A DNA stretch of 64,000 nt, taken from IMG/VR virus record IMGVR_UViG_3300033405_000004, positions 93,323 to 157,322 of that record, one strand, 5' to 3'. Below, piece after piece: positions 1-9,563 of the stretch. Position numbers and translations under genes: made by a program. The notes under the pieces were generated by a model. The model had not been told where the DNA came from, ran no database searches, and saw nothing but the letters and a program-made list of their open reading frames with translations. The first letter of the stretch is position 1. Each line of letters opens with the position of its first letter. The stretch comes from a virus.

Positions 1-208
1 CCTCCTCGCCGATCAGGGCCTCCACGGCCCGGCGGCGCCGTTTCGGATCGAGGCGGCGCGGGACCCGGATGAGCGGGCGGCGCGGCATCGGCTTGGGGGC
101 GAGGCCCGGCGCCGGGCCCTCGGTGGTGCCCATGGAGGCGCACCCGGTGAACTCGCTGAGCTCCTCCCCGTCGAGCAGTCTGCGGCTTGGTGACGACGAT
201 GATGGCAT
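1..208 (-). CDS. Hypothetical late protein, runs off the window start
   Basis: Open frame MPSSSSPSRRLLDGEELSE...RRRAVEALIGEE, preceded by TAATTA-AGGC-ATG, the same spacing as the other late genes. Confidence 0.6.
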   Translation of the reverse strand, partial: MPSSSSPSRRLLDGEELSEFTGCASMGTTEGPAPGLAPKPMPRRPLIRVPRRLDPKRRRRAVEALIGEE

Positions 209-237
209 GCCTTAATTACGATTCAGTTCTAAAGAAC

Positions 238-1191
238 ATGCCCAAGGAGACCGGGACCGCGAATAATCCTGTAAACATCGCCGCGGGAACGACGGCGATC
301 GCCATCCTCACCTACCGCCGGGCGCAGGCCCTGCGGACGTTCATGACCAGCCTGCGGGAGCACTGCCCCGGCTACCCCGTCGCCGTCTTCGAGGACATGG
401 GCAACGTCGACGACACCAGGCGCTGGCTCACCCAGTCCGCCGCGTTCAAGGAGCACGACGCCGAGCTGGAGGCCGACCGCTGGGAGGCCTTCGACTACAC
501 GGCCTTCCTCGGCACCCGCAACGTCGGGGTCAGCGGCAACAGCAACCGGGCGATCCGCTGGTTCCTGCGCGACATGCCCGGGTTCGACCACCTGTGCCTC
601 TGCAACGACGACCTGGAGGCCAAGGGCGACTGGCCCGCGGTCTACGCCGACGCCCACCGGTTCTTCCCCGCCCTGGGCCTGTTCTGCTTCAGCGACTGGT
701 TCGACGACGAGAGCAAGTTCGTCCCCATCCGCGAGCGCGGCCGGGTGCTCCGCTTCCTCCCCGTCCGCAAGGGCGCCATGATGTCCATTACCCGAAAGCT
801 GCTCGACCGGATCGGCTACTTCGACGCCGAGACCTTCGGCAAGTTCGGCGACGAGCACAACGACTTCACCAACCGCGCCGCCCAGGCCGGGTTCATGACC
901 GTCCGCGGCCAGCCCCAGCACTGCCTGGACGTCCCCTGCGACCTGCTGGCCCACCAGGAGGCGCAGCCCTCGATCAGCCCCATCGAGAAGCCGGCCCTGG
1001 ACCGCGAGTCCGCGTCCGCGCTGAGCATCGCCTCGGGGCGCTACCCGTTCACCGAGCCGTGTCGCCCGTTCACGCTGGGCGGCTACAGCCGCATGGCCGG
1101 GGCCTACGCCGGAGCCGGCATCCACATGTACAGCCTCCGGCGCATGAACTACGACGCGGTCGTCCACGGCTGGGTGCCCGACCTGTTCTAG
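238..1191 (+). CDS. Glycosyltransferase family 2-like
   Basis: IAILTYRR, N-x-G-V-S-G-N-S-N, LCNDD (DxD-like), IGYFD...FGDEHNDF. ATG 238 lies 7 nt after GTTCT. Confidence 0.8.
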   Translation: MPKETGTANNPVNIAAGTTAIAILTYRRAQALRTFMTSLREHCPGYPVAVFEDMGNVDDTRRWLTQSAAFKEHDAELEADRWEAFDYTAFLGTRNVGVSGNSNRAIRWFLRDMPGFDHLCLCNDDLEAKGDWPAVYADAHRFFPALGLFCFSDWFDDESKFVPIRERGRVLRFLPVRKGAMMSITRKLLDRIGYFDAETFGKFGDEHNDFTNRAAQAGFMTVRGQPQHCLDVPCDLLAHQEAQPSISPIEKPALDRESASALSIASGRYPFTEPCRPFTLGGYSRMAGAYAGAGIHMYSLRRMNYDAVVHGWVPDLF

Positions 1192-1198
1192 TTAGGGC

Positions 1199-1429
1199 AT
1201 GAGAACCGCCGACGAGGTGAAGGCCGCCGTGCTGATCCGGTACAACGAGGAGCGCGCGGCGTACGGGGACCCGCCCGTCGCCATGCTGTCCCGCCAGATC
1301 AGCGCCCTGATCGAGGTGCTCTGCACCCCGGAGGGGCAGCCCCTGTTCAAGAGGACCGCCTCGAAGCTCCCGCGGGGCGTCCAGGCCGCGCTGTCCGAGC
1401 AGGATCGGCTCCCGTCGGACCCGCCTTAG
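1199..1429 (+). CDS. Hypothetical protein
   Basis: TAGTTA-GGGC-ATG start, high GC3 codons. Confidence 0.65.
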   Translation: MRTADEVKAAVLIRYNEERAAYGDPPVAMLSRQISALIEVLCTPEGQPLFKRTASKLPRGVQAALSEQDRLPSDPP

Positions 1430-1949
1430 GCTCCGGCGGCGCCAGCGGATGCCTGTAGCTCTCCCCCATCGCGTTCTCGTAGACCCCCTGGAGGACCCTG
1501 AGCGCCCCGGAGCCGAGGTAGGTCGCCTCCTCGATGTAGGTCAGCCCGAGCATGTTCGTCATCCAGTGGACGACGTCGTAGAGCTGGCCGAACTGCTTCG
1601 GCTTGGCCCGGCGGATCTCCCTGACCACCTCGTACGCCCTGGAGTGGGCCTCGCTCCACGGCCCCCGGGACCGGACGGTGACCTTGGCCTCCGCCGGCAC
1701 GGCCTCGTGGTGCCTGATCCAGTCGCGCAGCTGCGGCACCGTCGCCGGCGCCTTGAACTTGATCTCGACCCGTGGCGCGGCGCCCTTCGAGTCGTAGGCG
1801 GCGAAGTAGATCGAGCGGACGCTCCAGCGAGCCACGAGCGCCTCGCAGAACGCGAAGCCCCAGTCGGCGTCGAGGCCCCTCGCCGCGACGATTGCCAGCA
1901 TCCAGCGCGGCTCCCTCTTCGGGCCGAGTATCCGCCGCAGCAGGCTCAT
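1347..1949 (-). CDS. Hypothetical protein, possible Lant_dehydr_C-like fold
   Basis: YFAAYD..PRVEIKF and VHWMTNMLGLTYIEE resemble the thiopeptide/lantibiotic dehydratase C-terminal domain. Start overlaps the upstream stop. Confidence 0.55.
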   Translation of the reverse strand: MSLLRRILGPKREPRWMLAIVAARGLDADWGFAFCEALVARWSVRSIYFAAYDSKGAAPRVEIKFKAPATVPQLRDWIRHHEAVPAEAKVTVRSRGPWSEAHSRAYEVVREIRRAKPKQFGQLYDVVHWMTNMLGLTYIEEATYLGSGALRVLQGVYENAMGESYRHPLAPPEPKAGPTGADPARTARPGRPAGASRRSS

Positions 1950-2197
1950 TTGCCCAGTCTCCAGCCCCAGCTGCGCCCGTCGCAGTCCCAGCGGGCCAGC
2001 CCCTCCTTCTCCAGCCGCTTGAGGATGCGGGTGGCGGCGCCGCCCGCGCCCTGGGAGTGCATCTTATGGTCGGGCCAGATGGCGGCGGCCACCCAGTGGG
2101 CGGGGAGCAGGCCGCCTGCCGTTCGGAGGCAGGCAAGGGCCCGCTCCTTCGCGACTGCGAGGGGCACCCTGGGCTGTTTGGAGTACTTGAGCAGCAT
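1946..2197 (-). CDS. Small winged-helix-like protein
   Basis: Coupled ORF in a minus-strand operon. ILKRLEKEGLARW wing-like end. Confidence 0.6.
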   Translation of the reverse strand: MLLKYSKQPRVPLAVAKERALACLRTAGGLLPAHWVAAAIWPDHKMHSQGAGGAATRILKRLEKEGLARWDCDGRSWGWRLGK

Positions 2198-2410
2198 CTA
2201 GGTTGCGCGGAGGGCTTTCGTGAGTTCGTCTGCCACGGCGCCGGTCACTTTCACGGTGTAGCTTGTGTTGGCCGCGATCACCGAGCCTGCGTATTGCACG
2301 CGGAGCACCGCCTGGCCGGATTGGGCCAGCGGGTCTAGCTGGAGGGCCGCCACGTGGTCGAGGTTCAGCAGGAGGGCGCTGTCGTCGGTGCAGATGAAGA
2401 TGGCGGTCAT
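2198..2410 (-). CDS. Hypothetical protein (MTAIFICTDD...)
   Basis: ATG 2410 overlaps the stop of the upstream gene. The longer ORF-track version is a shadow frame. Confidence 0.6.
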   Translation of the reverse strand: MTAIFICTDDSALLLNLDHVAALQLDPLAQSGQAVLRVQYAGSVIAANTSYTVKVTGAVADELTKALRAT

Positions 2411-2655
2411 TTGTTGCTTTGGCTGACGTTGATCGCGAAGGGCGAGGCCGCGCGGACGAGGCCGCTCAGGATGCCCACGACGATGAAGATCCCGACGCAG
2501 TTCCAGAACGGTATCGCCTGGTAGCGCTCCGGGACGAAGTAGAAGTAGGTCTTGCCGACGCCGCAGGCGGTCCAGCAGATCCAGAAGGGGATCGACAGGG
2601 ACACGTTGGCGATGAAGGACAGGAGCCAGCCGATGAATGGGAGTTTGTTTATCAT
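2407..2655 (-). CDS. Small membrane protein
   Basis: Two hydrophobic segments. Confidence 0.65.
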   Translation of the reverse strand: MINKLPFIGWLLSFIANVSLSIPFWICWTACGVGKTYFYFVPERYQAIPFWNCVGIFIVVGILSGLVRAASPFAINVSQSNK

Positions 2656-2667
2656 GGGGGCGGTCGG

Positions 2668-3114
2668 TCACTTGAGGGTCTCCTCCACCATGTCGATCCA
2701 CATCGAGGTGCGGGCGCGCACGGCCGGCTGCGACACGCACAGCTTGTAGAGCGTCTCGAAGCGGTGGGCGAACTCGCCCGGCAGGCGGTTGCGCTGGAGG
2801 TACCACGACTCGAACTCCTTGCCGTGGCTGTTGACCGGCTTGAGTTCGAGCAGCGGCTTGGCGGTGGTCGGCAGGAGGTCGAGGAGGTAGGTCTTCACCA
2901 GCTCGGCCCGCTCGAAGGTCAGCGCCGTCACGTGCTCGATGATCCGGGCGATGTGGTCGGGCTTGATCGTGCGGTACTTGCCCTGGAGGTAGTTGTTGAT
3001 CCGCGAGACGGCAATGCCGGTGCTCGCGGCTATCTGGACCTGGTTGATCCGGTTGCGCTGCATCGTGGCTTCGAGGCAGCCGGGGAACAGCTTGGACGTG
3101 TTTCGTTTCATCAT
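2668..3114 (-). CDS. XRE/Cro-C1 family HTH regulator
   Basis: INQVQIAASTGIAVSRINNYLQG HTH signature. Confidence 0.85.
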   Translation of the reverse strand: MMKRNTSKLFPGCLEATMQRNRINQVQIAASTGIAVSRINNYLQGKYRTIKPDHIARIIEHVTALTFERAELVKTYLLDLLPTTAKPLLELKPVNSHGKEFESWYLQRNRLPGEFAHRFETLYKLCVSQPAVRARTSMWIDMVEETLK

Positions 3115-3130
3115 TCCAAACTATAGGAAC

Positions 3131-3153
3131 TTGTTTACAAAAAATGTAAACAA
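3131..3153. promoter_or_regulatory. Palindromic operator TTGTTTACA-N5-TGTAAACAA upstream of the XRE gene
   Basis: Perfect 9-bp inverted repeat in an AT-rich gap. Confidence 0.7.
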
Positions 3154-3164
3154 TAAAATGGGCA

Positions 3165-3851
3165 TCACTTCTTGAGGCCTTCCACCCCGAAGATCACCGC
3201 GTCGCACTCCCGGTCCGAGGAGGCCAGCACCTTCACGAAGTGGAACCGGCTGTAGAGCAGGGAGGGGAGCCTGTCCTCGAACTTGAGGCCCGCCCAGCCC
3301 AGCCACCAGGTCTTCGGGTTGGGCCGCAGCAGGGTCAGGGTGCAGCCGGGCTGCACCAGCTCGGCGGCCTGCGCCACCTGCTCGGCGGTCAGGTTGCCCT
3401 CCCACCACACGGCCACGTCGTCGGGGAAGCCCCCGCGCTCGCCCTGGAAGTTGCCCAGCCGCATCTGGTCCAGCGTGCCGCCGCGGCGCATGGCCTTCCA
3501 GTCCCCGCACACGGCCAGGTAGAAGGCGCTGCCCTCGGCGGGCTCCTCGTGGCAGGCGGGGGCGCCGACGTGGAGCCGGAACTTGGCCGGGCGCAGCTTC
3601 CGCTGCTCCGGGTGGCACAGCCAGAAGGCCTGCATCATCAGCGGGGCAGGGTCGCCGCCCCGAAGCCTGCACGCGACGGCCTGCTGCAGCAGCGCCGAGA
3701 CCTCGGCCGGGGTGTCCTCCGCCTCGGCCCGCGCGATGGCCAGCTCCGCCTCCGCCACGGACTGCGGCGCGTTGAGCCTGGCCAGTCCCCGGTGGACCCG
3801 GACGTGGTCGGCCAGTTGCACCAGCAGTCTCGTTTCGAACAGGCTGTTCAT
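3165..3851 (-). CDS. Hypothetical protein (MNSLFETRLL...)
   Basis: ATG 3851 overlaps the upstream stop, high GC3. Confidence 0.65.
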   Translation of the reverse strand: MNSLFETRLLVQLADHVRVHRGLARLNAPQSVAEAELAIARAEAEDTPAEVSALLQQAVACRLRGGDPAPLMMQAFWLCHPEQRKLRPAKFRLHVGAPACHEEPAEGSAFYLAVCGDWKAMRRGGTLDQMRLGNFQGERGGFPDDVAVWWEGNLTAEQVAQAAELVQPGCTLTLLRPNPKTWWLGWAGLKFEDRLPSLLYSRFHFVKVLASSDRECDAVIFGVEGLKK

Positions 3852-4198
3852 GGCCCCGGTGGCGCCCATGCGCCGGGCGGCGGCGCCGTCCCGGCCGGGG
3901 GCGGGCCGAGCTGGTAGGCGTGCACCAGCTGGGCCGCCCTGACCGTCATGGTGTTGATGTCGGCCCGGCACTGCAGGGTGTAGTAGGCGCAGCGGAAGAC
4001 CAGCAGGACCAGCCACGCGTTGAAGGCGACGGAGGTGAAGAGGGCCCAGCCCATCGCGGCCGTGGGGTGGCCCGTCAACGCGCACCAGACCACCGTCGAG
4101 ATCGCCGAGGCTATGGCGACGGCGAAGAGCGCGTCGATCACGCGTATGAAGCGGAGCTGGAAGAGCACCCGCGTCGATTGGTCGAAGAAGGGTTTCAT
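3848..4198 (-). CDS. Membrane protein
   Basis: Two TM segments. GTTCT-N8-ATG start. Confidence 0.7.
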   Translation of the reverse strand: MKPFFDQSTRVLFQLRFIRVIDALFAVAIASAISTVVWCALTGHPTAAMGWALFTSVAFNAWLVLLVFRCAYYTLQCRADINTMTVRAAQLVHAYQLGPPPAGTAPPPGAWAPPGP

Positions 4199-4204
4199 GT
4201 TGAC

Positions 4205-4687
4205 TTAGAACTGGTGATGAGGCCAACGCTTGCCTCTGGAGATTCTGCTGACCGCCTGTCGCGTAATGTTATACAAAAAGCCTACGCTAGCACAGGTCTG
4301 GTTGTTGGCTCGGCGTCTCTTTATGTCGCTCACATCTTCGGGGCTCAGATTTGTTTTTCCACTCTTCTCCCCGTAGGGCATCCTCTTCTTTTGCACTTTA
4401 TCAGCCACATTATCTGCCTGGGTTCCGGTAAATAAATGATCTGGGTTGAAACAAAGCGGACGGTCACACCGATGTAGCACGCACAGAGGCGAATCTAGGT
4501 CGAAATTGAAGAAGGCAAAAGCAGCTACACGGTGGATGAGTCTTGTGCGTCCCCAAAGTCTTATTCGTCCATAAGGAGGCCCGCGATCCTTCACACACCG
4601 CCCACCGGTCCAGATCCAACATCCAGTGGCAGGGTCTACCCTACGTTTTGCAAACATCCTTTTGAGGAGTAGTCCCTTGGTTGTCAT
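4205..4687 (-). CDS. HNH homing endonuclease
   Basis: GCWIWTG..YG..HRVA..VLHRCDRPLCFNPDHLFTGTQADNVAD. Lower GC than its flanks. Confidence 0.92.
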   Translation of the reverse strand: MTTKGLLLKRMFAKRRVDPATGCWIWTGGRCVKDRGPPYGRIRLWGRTRLIHRVAAFAFFNFDLDSPLCVLHRCDRPLCFNPDHLFTGTQADNVADKVQKKRMPYGEKSGKTNLSPEDVSDIKRRRANNQTCASVGFLYNITRQAVSRISRGKRWPHHQF

Positions 4688-4964
4688 TTCGCCTCGCTTT
4701 CAACCAATCAGATAGGTTTGTTTCTACTGCTCCCAGCACTACTGCTTTAGCGCGGCGTGTTGGAATCAAATCGTAGTGGGGAAAGCCGGCCTTGTTCTGG
4801 AACCAGGCCCGGCGCAACCCTAGAGCTTCAGCAAACGCGTGCAACATAGGCTCATTTCCAGGCTCAACCCAGAGATGGCACCAGCGGTGCCCGTGGCGGC
4901 TCCCGACGGCGAAGGCCTGGGCCTCCGCGCTGGGCTGGGTGAAGAGATGGTCGACCATGATCAC
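4641..4964 (-). CDS. DUF4031-like protein
   Basis: WCHL..LHAFAEALGLRRAWFQ..PHYDL..RRAKAVVLGA. Confidence 0.8.
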   Translation of the reverse strand: MIMVDHLFTQPSAEAQAFAVGSRHGHRWCHLWVEPGNEPMLHAFAEALGLRRAWFQNKAGFPHYDLIPTRRAKAVVLGAVETNLSDWLKARRNDNQGTTPQKDVCKT

Positions 4965-6502
4965 GGCATGCGGTAGGTGTAGTCGGCGTGCTCGTTGATG
5001 AGCTTGACGGCCTCCTCCGCCGGGGTCGCCGGCGGGAGGTACCAGTTGGCCCGGTGCTCGATCAGGTCGCGCTTCATGGGTTCGCTCGGCTTGCAGAAGC
5101 GCAGCGCCCAGTGGCCGCCCTCCAGCCTGTCCACCCGGCCCAGCCAGAAGCAGTGGCGCACCTTGCCGTCCGGCCTGGGCACGCGGTGCCGGAAGTAGAG
5201 GTCGCCGGAGTAGAGCACGTCGCGGAAGTGGGCGTAGAGGTAGGCCTCGATCTCGTCCTCCCGGCTGGTCTGCGGGATCGCCTTGTGGCTGATCTTGGGG
5301 GCGGGCTTGGCCGGCTCGGGCGGGACCGCCAGGACGACCTCCTGCGGCGGGGGCGGCTCCGGCGGTGGCGGCTCGGGTGGCGGCGGCTCCGGCGTGTCGG
5401 TGAAGATCGGGACGCGGGTCTGGACGCGGGCCCCCAGCAGCTTCGGGCTGAGCGCCACCTCGCCGAGGCCGTAGTTGGTGGCCTCCACGGCGCAGCTGTC
5501 CCGCACCCCGCAGGAGGCGCAGATGCGGTTCTCGCGCTGGAACAGCACGCCGAAGCAGGTCAGGTTGCCGGAGGCGTCCTTGGTCGGGACGCGCGCCCCG
5601 GCGGCCTCCAGCAGGGCGGCCACCCTCTCGTCCACCAGCTCGGCGTTGGTGCGGGCCGCCAGCGTCAGGAGCCGGCGCACCACTACCGGCTCGACCGAGC
5701 GGGGGATGTGCAGTTTGAAGGTGCGCTCCAGGGAGGTGATGGCCGCGTGCCTGGGGGAGTCGGAGGGGATCGGGTCGCTCATGTAGGCCTTGACTTTCTC
5801 CTGGAGCTGCCCCTGCACCGCGGTGAACTGCGCGGCGGTGAGGCCCAGCCCCCGGGCGAGATGCTCGGCGGTGATCCGAAGCTCGACCGCGCTGCGGCGG
5901 CGGCCGCGGTGGGAGTCGAGCGTGGCGTAGATGAGCGAGGCCTCATTGGGTTCTACCAGTTGCTTAAAGACCAAGAACTCGATGGGCGTGAGGAGGACTT
6001 TCATGTCCCCCCGGAGGGAGGGCAGCGGGGAGTGGGTGAGGGCGGGCGGCAGGTGGACGACGGCGTCCGGGTCGTCGAGGCTGATCTCCGGCTTCGGCCT
6101 CGGGTCCCAGCTCATGGCTCCCCGGGCCGGGGGCTTCTGGCCCGTGCGCTTGAAGGTGAACCTGTACTTGTGTACAAGTCCCTTGATGTGGTTGTTTACG
6201 CAGGTCTTGATCCACTTGAACAGCTCGCTCCGGCGCCCGGCGAACCGCGTCAGGATGCCCTTGTTGATGCACTCGCTCAGCTTGTGGTTGCCTTCCGAGA
6301 CGAGCTCCTCCTCGTGCAGCTCCATGCAGGAGTTGTCGGTGTATTGGCGGGCGACCGAGGCGATCATGCGGGCGCAGTCGGCCTGGATCTCCTCGTAGGT
6401 GAGGGGCGTGGGCGGGAACAGTTCGCGGCCGAAGTCGCGCTCGGCCTCGTGGATGATGACAAGCAGATGCGACTCGGGGGCGTCACTCGTCCGGTTGCTC
6501 AT
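4961..6502 (-). CDS. Phage sigma-factor-like protein with an added 4-Cys domain
   Basis: Sigma region 2-like IASVARQY..EELVSEG..FKWIKTCVNNHI, an HTH-like segment and C-x11-C-x2-C-x5-C. Confidence 0.65.
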   Translation of the reverse strand: MSNRTSDAPESHLLVIIHEAERDFGRELFPPTPLTYEEIQADCARMIASVARQYTDNSCMELHEEELVSEGNHKLSECINKGILTRFAGRRSELFKWIKTCVNNHIKGLVHKYRFTFKRTGQKPPARGAMSWDPRPKPEISLDDPDAVVHLPPALTHSPLPSLRGDMKVLLTPIEFLVFKQLVEPNEASLIYATLDSHRGRRRSAVELRITAEHLARGLGLTAAQFTAVQGQLQEKVKAYMSDPIPSDSPRHAAITSLERTFKLHIPRSVEPVVVRRLLTLAARTNAELVDERVAALLEAAGARVPTKDASGNLTCFGVLFQRENRICASCGVRDSCAVEATNYGLGEVALSPKLLGARVQTRVPIFTDTPEPPPPEPPPPEPPPPQEVVLAVPPEPAKPAPKISHKAIPQTSREDEIEAYLYAHFRDVLYSGDLYFRHRVPRPDGKVRHCFWLGRVDRLEGGHWALRFCKPSEPMKRDLIEHRANWYLPPATPAEEAVKLINEHADYTYRMP

Positions 6503-7493
6503 AAAGGTAGTGCTCGCCCGCCCGGTTCTGGTCCATCTCCCGCATGACCTCCTCGTATATCTCCTGCGCGCTCTTCGGGGACCGCCCGAACTCCTTCGCC
6601 GCCGCCTCCACCGCCGCCACGTCCGCCCCCAGCTTCTCGATGCGCCGCGCCATCAGGTGGTTCTCGTGGAGCCGCGCCAGCTGCGCCATCGTCGGGATGC
6701 GCAGCCGCTGGCCGCCCAGCGTCGCCACCAGCGTCTGGAACTGGCGCCACGAGACGATGTTCAGCAGGTCGGGCAGGTGCGTGTAGCTGTACTTGTGCCG
6801 CAGCAGATCCTCCCGCGTGAAGGGGATGTACGCCCGGTCCAGCATGGCGTCGCGCAGCGCGAACAGGCCCCAGCTGTAGAAGAAGCGGCCCAGTTCGGGC
6901 GACAGGGCGTAGGCGAAGCAGATGGTGCGCACCGCCGCCTCCCGGTCCTGCTCCCGGTCGTCCACGAGGCAGTCGATGGCCAGCCGCACGGCGGCCGCCT
7001 CCTGCGGGTCGCCCCACCGGATCGTGATCTCCTGGAGCCGCCGCTTCGCCTCGCGGGCCGCGTCGTGCTTGTTGGCGGCGTGGTCCTCCGCGCCGAAGAA
7101 CTTCTCCAGCGTCTCGCTGGTGGCGTGGAAGCGCCGCCGGTGGCTGTTGGTCTTGTTGACCTCCGACAGGAACGCGTTCTTCGCGCAGACGCTGAAGTAC
7201 GAGAAGAGGCTCCGCTTCTTGTCCCACCCGATCAGCCAGCGCACGACCTTCTCCCGCGCCGCCTGCACCAGCGTCTCCAGGTCGACCGTCTTGGTGAACC
7301 CCTCCGACTGCGCCAGCCGCTCAAACATGTTCGTGCAGCCGACGATGATCTCCTCCAGCATCTCCTGGGCCTCGGCATGGCGACCGGCCTCGGTGAGCTG
7401 CTTCCAGCGCAGGCAGGTCTCGGTCATCTGCCTCGCGTTGAAGATGTGCTGGCCCTCGGGCGCGTCTACGGCTTTGGCGTCTGGAACGAGCAT
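6483..7493 (-). CDS. T4 gp55-like late sigma factor
   Basis: ETLVQAAREKVVRWLIGWDKKRSLFSYFSVCAKNAFLSEVNK matches the gp55-type region 2 pattern. Confidence 0.7.
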   Translation of the reverse strand: MLVPDAKAVDAPEGQHIFNARQMTETCLRWKQLTEAGRHAEAQEMLEEIIVGCTNMFERLAQSEGFTKTVDLETLVQAAREKVVRWLIGWDKKRSLFSYFSVCAKNAFLSEVNKTNSHRRRFHATSETLEKFFGAEDHAANKHDAAREAKRRLQEITIRWGDPQEAAAVRLAIDCLVDDREQDREAAVRTICFAYALSPELGRFFYSWGLFALRDAMLDRAYIPFTREDLLRHKYSYTHLPDLLNIVSWRQFQTLVATLGGQRLRIPTMAQLARLHENHLMARRIEKLGADVAAVEAAAKEFGRSPKSAQEIYEEVMREMDQNRAGEHYLYEQPDE

Positions 7494-7567
7494 GGCTGCC
7501 CGGATTGGGGGAGAATCCGGCGAATGGGAGTGAGACGACGGCCCCCACCCCGTCGTTCAAAGATAGA

Positions 7568-8191
7568 CTAGGCGGCCTTGGGCGTGTTCTTTGGCGCGGG
7601 GTTGACTGCGACGCAGGGCTTGTAGGCTTCGACGGCCCGCTTGAGCGTTTGGATGCGCCCGGCCGCGCCCGCTCTCCGGTCATGCTCGCCAATCGACTTG
7701 GCGGCGAGGAGCAGGCTGTAGACCGCGAGGCACGCGTTCTCGCCGAGGATCGCCGGGTCGCTGTCCGCCGTCATCGTCACCGACGGCGGTACGGGCGGCG
7801 TGCTCTCCGGCGCGATCGCGGCCCGCTCCGCAAAGTAGGCCTTGGCCTCGGCCAGGATTTCGTCGCGCGTGCAGGTGTTGACGTCGATGTCCTGCGCCTG
7901 GAGGCGGGCTGCGATCTCGACCACAGATTCGGGGTACTGCTCGACCCCCTCGTCGCGCCGCTGGACGCCCACCGTTTTTGCGCCGAGCAGGTTGCTGAAG
8001 GCCGGCTCGCGGGTCAGGGTCACGTAGATCCGGTTGCAGCGGGCCGCTGACGGCAGCGGGGCCTTGGGCGCGGGGGCCTTGGGAGCCGGGGCCGCGGCGG
8101 CGGGAGCGGCGGGGGCGGGTTTCGCGGGCGCTTTCGGTGCGGTGGGCTTGGCCTGGGTGGCGGCGGGGGCGGCTGTTTCTGCGGTGGGCAT
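7568..8191 (-). CDS. Hypothetical protein with a Pro/Ala/Lys-rich N-terminus
   Basis: SD (AAGGAGA) before the ATG, coding codon bias. Confidence 0.7.
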   Translation of the reverse strand: MPTAETAAPAATQAKPTAPKAPAKPAPAAPAAAAPAPKAPAPKAPLPSAARCNRIYVTLTREPAFSNLLGAKTVGVQRRDEGVEQYPESVVEIAARLQAQDIDVNTCTRDEILAEAKAYFAERAAIAPESTPPVPPSVTMTADSDPAILGENACLAVYSLLLAAKSIGEHDRRAGAAGRIQTLKRAVEAYKPCVAVNPAPKNTPKAA

Positions 8192-8237
8192 GGCGTGCTC
8201 TCCTTTTCGTTGGATGGTTCTAAGTTTGTTGCAAGAT

Positions 8238-9560
8238 TTAAGGTGATTTTTCGTCCTCGTCCTCGATTGGCGTGAGGTCCTCGTCGGTGCCGCCCTCGAC
8301 GGCGTCCACCAGCCCGACCTCGCCCTCCACGGCGAACAGGATCGTGCAGGCTTTCTCCCACAGCAGATCGAGGTCGGCCTTGTGCGCCTCGTGGAACGCG
8401 GGCCACTGGGCGCGCGAGTCGAGTCGCGGGTCCGCCCGGGTCTCGTCCTCGCCGAAGGTGGTCGGCTTGATGCCGAAGTGCTGGAAGCGGAACGACACCG
8501 ACCCGGCGTCGCCTTCCTCCTTCTTGCCGCTCTTCGCGAGCTTGAGGAAGATCAGCGTCTCCAGGAGGGAGTAGAGGTTGTTGAGGCCGCGGTCATAGAG
8601 CAGCACGAAGCGTCCCGCCCGCATCGGCTTGGCCAGCCGGTTCTTCACCGTGACGAAGCCGGAGCAGAAGCCGACCGGGAACTGCTGGTCCTTGTGCAGC
8701 TTGTAGTGCGCGTTCACCTGATACATGAAGATGCGCACGCTGGCGAAGAACTTGAGGGCGCGGCCGCCGGGCGAGTCGAAGTCGTCGTCCTGCGGGAGGG
8801 CGCCCCCGCCGCGGCGGCGGTTCGCCTCGTAGCGGGCGTTGACTTGGTTCGTGAAGATGGCGAGCACGTTCCGCTGGCTCAGCTTCCGCATCATGCGGCG
8901 GAAGCCCCGGCGCAGCATCTTCGGCTGGCGCGGGAAGTCCTGATCCTCCCACTTCGCCTTCATCTCCTCGCGGGAGGAGGTGCCGCCGATGGTGTCCACG
9001 ATCACCAGGATGAAGACGGGGTGCTCCTTGGTGCTGACCCGGTCGATGGCGTTGATCGCCACGTCGATCATCTTGAACATCTGGTCCACGGTGTCCGCCC
9101 GCGCCACGGCGACGTCGATGATGTTCCCGTCGACGACCAGCTTCTCGTCCTCCTCCAGCGACTGCTCGTTGTCGATGTAGAGCGTGGTCACCTCCACGTC
9201 CTTGGGCACCGGCTCCCAGGCTACTGAGAAGTCCTTGTCGCCGGGGTGGCCCACCTGCTTGCGCTGGATGATGTGGCGCCCCTGGAGGCGCCCGGCGCAG
9301 TGGGTCACCATCGCCGTCTTGCCGCAGCTCTCCAGGCCGTACAGTTCGACGACTCGCCCGAAGGGCAGGCCGCCGCCGAGGGCCACGTCGAGCGAGTCGA
9401 TGCCGGTGGTGAGCTTGTAGTGGACCTTCGAGAGGATCTCCTTCGACGAGCGCGACACCTCCCACATCAGCTCCCCGGTCTTGGGGCGGCTGCGTTCGAG
9501 GCTCCCGACGATGGCGCCGACGAGGTCCTTCCTGCCCTTCGCGCGGAGTGTCTTGGCCAT
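8238..9560 (-). CDS. recA: RecA/UvsX recombinase
   Basis: TTGIDSLDVALGGGLPFGRVVELYGLESCGKT, IFTNQV, SPGGRALKFFASVRI. Confidence 0.95.
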   Translation of the reverse strand: MAKTLRAKGRKDLVGAIVGSLERSRPKTGELMWEVSRSSKEILSKVHYKLTTGIDSLDVALGGGLPFGRVVELYGLESCGKTAMVTHCAGRLQGRHIIQRKQVGHPGDKDFSVAWEPVPKDVEVTTLYIDNEQSLEEDEKLVVDGNIIDVAVARADTVDQMFKMIDVAINAIDRVSTKEHPVFILVIVDTIGGTSSREEMKAKWEDQDFPRQPKMLRRGFRRMMRKLSQRNVLAIFTNQVNARYEANRRRGGGALPQDDDFDSPGGRALKFFASVRIFMYQVNAHYKLHKDQQFPVGFCSGFVTVKNRLAKPMRAGRFVLLYDRGLNNLYSLLETLIFLKLAKSGKKEEGDAGSVSFRFQHFGIKPTTFGEDETRADPRLDSRAQWPAFHEAHKADLDLLWEKACTILFAVEGEVGLVDAVEGGTDEDLTPIEDEDEKSP

Positions 9561-9563
9561 GGG

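Noticed and set aside
2668-3153. Prophage immunity region or lysogeny module
   Set aside because: There is no integrase, att site or host gene in the window. The content fits a lytic myovirus.
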